Shown in pieces: positions 13,135 through 15,628 of a stretch of DNA of 15,628 nt (the stretch's first letter is position 1; every line of letters begins with the position of its first letter). Location of the stretch: assembly GCA_964510165.1 (NCBI GenBank), contig CAZEBC010000090.1, forward strand, positions 1 through 15,628, in the 5' to 3' direction. The notes under the pieces are model-generated. The model saw nothing but the letters and a program-made list of their open reading frames with translations, ran no database searches and was not told the DNA's origin. Origin of the DNA: an uncultured bacterium. Its GTDB lineage: Bacteria > Abyssobacteria > SURF-5. Position numbers and translations under genes: made by a program.

Positions 13135-13869
13135 ATGAAGTCATTCGCGCTCCTGGCGATTCCCGTAATGGTTCTTACTCTTGTTGCCTGCGCCAAGATG
13201 GAATTCGAAAAAGACATCATCGAGACGACTTCAGGGAACCTGGAAATCACGTTCATAGGGCACGGCACGTTGATGTTTGCGTTCGGCGGCAAGACGATTC
13301 ATGTGGACCCCTGGAGCAAGCTGGCCGATTACTCCGCACGGCCAAAGGCCGATGTCATACTTATAACTCATGAACACGGGGATCATTTTGATCCCAAAGC
13401 GATCGCAGCGCTTCGCACCAGTGAAACAGCGGTGTTCGCTCCCGAGAACTGCGCTCGACAGATTGAAGGCAGCGCTGTCATAAACAACGGAGATGTCAAA
13501 ACCGTCGGCGAGATTACCATAGAGGCCGTCCCGGCGTATAACCTCGTTCACATGAGAGACAACGGGACCCCTTATCATCTCAAAGGCGTTGGCAACGGAT
13601 ACGTGATCACCTTGGGAGACAAACGGGTGTATGTGGCGGGCGATACCGAGAACACGCCTGAAATGAAAGCGTTGGAGAAAATTGGCGTGGCGTTTCTTCC
13701 GCTGAACATCCCCTATACTATGACGCTGGAGATGTTCGTTGATGCGGCGCGCGCAGTCAAGCCCAAAGTCCTGTATCCCTATCACTACGCAAGGTCAAAC
13801 CCGTCTCAGGTCGTGGAACTGCTCAAAGACACTCCGGAAATCGAAGTTCGCATTCGCAGGATGGAATAA
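13135..13869 (+). CDS. MBL-fold metallo-hydrolase, probably exported (possible lipoprotein)
   Basis: ITFIGHGT, VDPW, ILITHEHGDHFD, VPAYN, YVAGDT and LYPYHY. ATG 13135 follows GGGAGGGG. Hydrophobic N-terminus ends in a lipobox-like LVAC. Confidence 0.93.
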   Translation: MKSFALLAIPVMVLTLVACAKMEFEKDIIETTSGNLEITFIGHGTLMFAFGGKTIHVDPWSKLADYSARPKADVILITHEHGDHFDPKAIAALRTSETAVFAPENCARQIEGSAVINNGDVKTVGEITIEAVPAYNLVHMRDNGTPYHLKGVGNGYVITLGDKRVYVAGDTENTPEMKALEKIGVAFLPLNIPYTMTLEMFVDAARAVKPKVLYPYHYARSNPSQVVELLKDTPEIEVRIRRME

Positions 13870-13881
13870 CTCGGGACCACC

Positions 13882-15628
13882 ATGAGGAACGACATCTGGC
13901 GTCTGGCGCCCTCACTTACCCTCAAAGGCATCACCCGCTCCGTGCCGCTGACCAACTTCGCGGGGCGAAATTACATGGCCTATGTGGATCACCTGCTCCA
14001 GGCACAGCTTGCCATAAGGGGCGACGAGCGAGTGCTCGATATCGGCGGTGGGGCCACCCCGTTCTCGCGGGCGGACGTGGTGACCGAGGCCTTCATTGAT
14101 GATGACACGCATCGCATTGGCCAGCCGATACGGAAAGACAGGAAATACGTCAAGTGTTTTGCCGAAAGGCTTCCGTTCGAAGACCGCGAGTTCGATGTTG
14201 CGATCAGCCGGCACGTGTTCGAACACGCGGCCGACCCCGAAGCCGCATGCAGGGAGATGGCCCGCGTTGCGCGTCGCGGCTACATTGAGACGCCGAGTCC
14301 CTGGAGCGAATACTTTTACGGATACCCGCCGCACCGCTGGCTGATATCGGTCGAAGACGGCGTGCTCGTGTTTCGCCGCCGCCCCTTTGTGCGCAGCCCG
14401 TTCCTGAATTGTCTTCGGTGGATGGAATATCGCGACGCGGATTTTTCGTTTCGGTGGAATCTGGAGTTCAGGAACCTTATCACCACGCAATATCCCTGGG
14501 AGGGCGAGATACTGGTCCGCGTGGAGGCCGCTGCCGGATTCGACTATGACGACGCCGATCAGGCGGCCGAATCGCATCTCTCCTTCGTGATCAACGCGCT
14601 TCGCTTCGGAGGAGTGCCGCCCGTTGTGCTGGAGTACGAGGCACGCGCGGCGGTGCGGCTCAGGCCCGAGTGCGCGCTCGCGCATAACACGCTCGGCGTT
14701 ATCCTGTGGCAGGCCAAACGCTTCGAGGAAAGCAAGAAAGCGTTCTTTGAGGCTGAACGGCTTGATCCTCACGATGATGTGTTCCACCACAATGCGCGGA
14801 TTTCCGCAGCGTCCGGCCAGCGCGTCGTCAAGTTCCTTCCGTCCGAGCCGCTCGATAATGAATTGCCGCGGGAAAACTTCGACGGCCCTGTTTTTTATTC
14901 GTTCCGCCGCGAGCACGAGACGATTCTCGCAAACCAGTTGGGCATCTCGCAAGAAGACAACGTGCTCGACATCACGCGAGGGGCCGATCCTTTCGGGCGC
15001 GCAAACCTTGTCTTGGACGTGGGACACGAGATGAATCCGCACAGCAAAGAGGACGCGATCTGTCCCGGCTCTTATGCGCAAGCAAGCGCCGCGGGCCTGC
15101 CAATCCCCGATAAGGCAGCGGACTTTGTCATTGTCCGCGATATCCTGGAGCACGCCCGCGATCCTCTCGCAATGTGCTCGGAAATCCAGCGAGTGGCGAA
15201 GCGCGGGTTTATTGAGGTTCCTTCGCCCTGCTGGGAATACGTCTATGGCGACCCCGGCCACCGTTGGCTCTGCAAGTTGAGAGACGGCGTCTTGCTGTTC
15301 AAGCGGAAACGTTTTGCGAAGAACCCGTTCAGGAGCGTTCTGGCCCCACTTCTCTCGAAACTGCCGGAACTGAGACACCGCTTCGAGATCACCTTGCGGA
15401 ACGTGACATTTGTACAGATGCTCTGGAACCAGGGCTTCGAGTGTCGGGTGGAAGAGGACCCCGATTGCCCCTACGATTACGACCGAGACAACGATGCACT
15501 TCTCGCTCATCTGGACTTCGGATATAATCTGCTCATGCAGGGCGCCCCTTCTCTGGCACTGCCGGAAGCGGATGCGGTCTTAGCCATCAGGCCCGACCAT
15601 GCGGACGGGCTGAACATACGGGGGTTAA
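13882..15628 (+). CDS. Multidomain class I SAM-dependent methyltransferase / TPR protein (two tandem MTase+TPR units); 3'-truncated by the window edge
   Basis: Hand translation from ATG 13882 is open to the window end (>582 codons); it is absent from the ORF track, probably because it has no stop in the window. Unit 1: VLDIGGGATPF...AERLPFEDREFDVAISRHVFEH...DPEAACREMARVARRGYIETP, then TPR-like ALAHNTLGVILWQAKRFEESKKAFFEAERLDP. Unit 2: VLDITRGADPF...LPIPDKAADFVIVRDILEH..DPLAMCSEIQRVAKRGFIEVP. Confidence 0.88.
   Translation, partial: MRNDIWRLAPSLTLKGITRSVPLTNFAGRNYMAYVDHLLQAQLAIRGDERVLDIGGGATPFSRADVVTEAFIDDDTHRIGQPIRKDRKYVKCFAERLPFEDREFDVAISRHVFEHAADPEAACREMARVARRGYIETPSPWSEYFYGYPPHRWLISVEDGVLVFRRRPFVRSPFLNCLRWMEYRDADFSFRWNLEFRNLITTQYPWEGEILVRVEAAAGFDYDDADQAAESHLSFVINALRFGGVPPVVLEYEARAAVRLRPECALAHNTLGVILWQAKRFEESKKAFFEAERLDPHDDVFHHNARISAASGQRVVKFLPSEPLDNELPRENFDGPVFYSFRREHETILANQLGISQEDNVLDITRGADPFGRANLVLDVGHEMNPHSKEDAICPGSYAQASAAGLPIPDKAADFVIVRDILEHARDPLAMCSEIQRVAKRGFIEVPSPCWEYVYGDPGHRWLCKLRDGVLLFKRKRFAKNPFRSVLAPLLSKLPELRHRFEITLRNVTFVQMLWNQGFECRVEEDPDCPYDYDRDNDALLAHLDFGYNLLMQGAPSLALPEADAVLAIRPDHADGLNIRGL

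Noticed and set aside
13912-15510. 532-aa minus-strand ORF in the track
   Set aside because: Antisense shadow of the plus-strand methyltransferase/TPR ORF, which has clear motifs; the shadow has none.

Overview
GC-rich bacterial chromosomal window, accessory/anaerobic-metabolism type, with three blocks. (1) 1-4867 (+): a tightly packed putative catabolic operon: Tm-1-like/UPF0261 protein (5'-truncated), PEP-hydrolase-family TIM barrel, DUF362 protein, Old Yellow Enzyme-type flavin oxidoreductase and an SDR. (2) 4988-9856 (-): a four-gene operon for a secreted triheme cytochrome c with a very acidic linker, a Tat-exported TtrA/SrdA-like molybdopterin enzyme, a 4x[4Fe-4S] subunit and a TorD-family chaperone. 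It has no NrfD/TtrC membrane anchor and sits behind a near-consensus sigma-54 promoter with palindromic candidate regulator sites. (3) 10478-15628 (+): three metallohydrolases (PHP/CehA-McbA-like, phosphotriesterase family, MBL fold), an internally deleted URO-D-family pseudogene, and a 3'-truncated ORF missing from the ORF track that is built from two tandem methyltransferase+TPR units. Short REP-like repeats occur in three intergenic gaps. No RNA genes, CRISPR arrays or transposases were recognised. All family calls are from motif recognition, not database searches.
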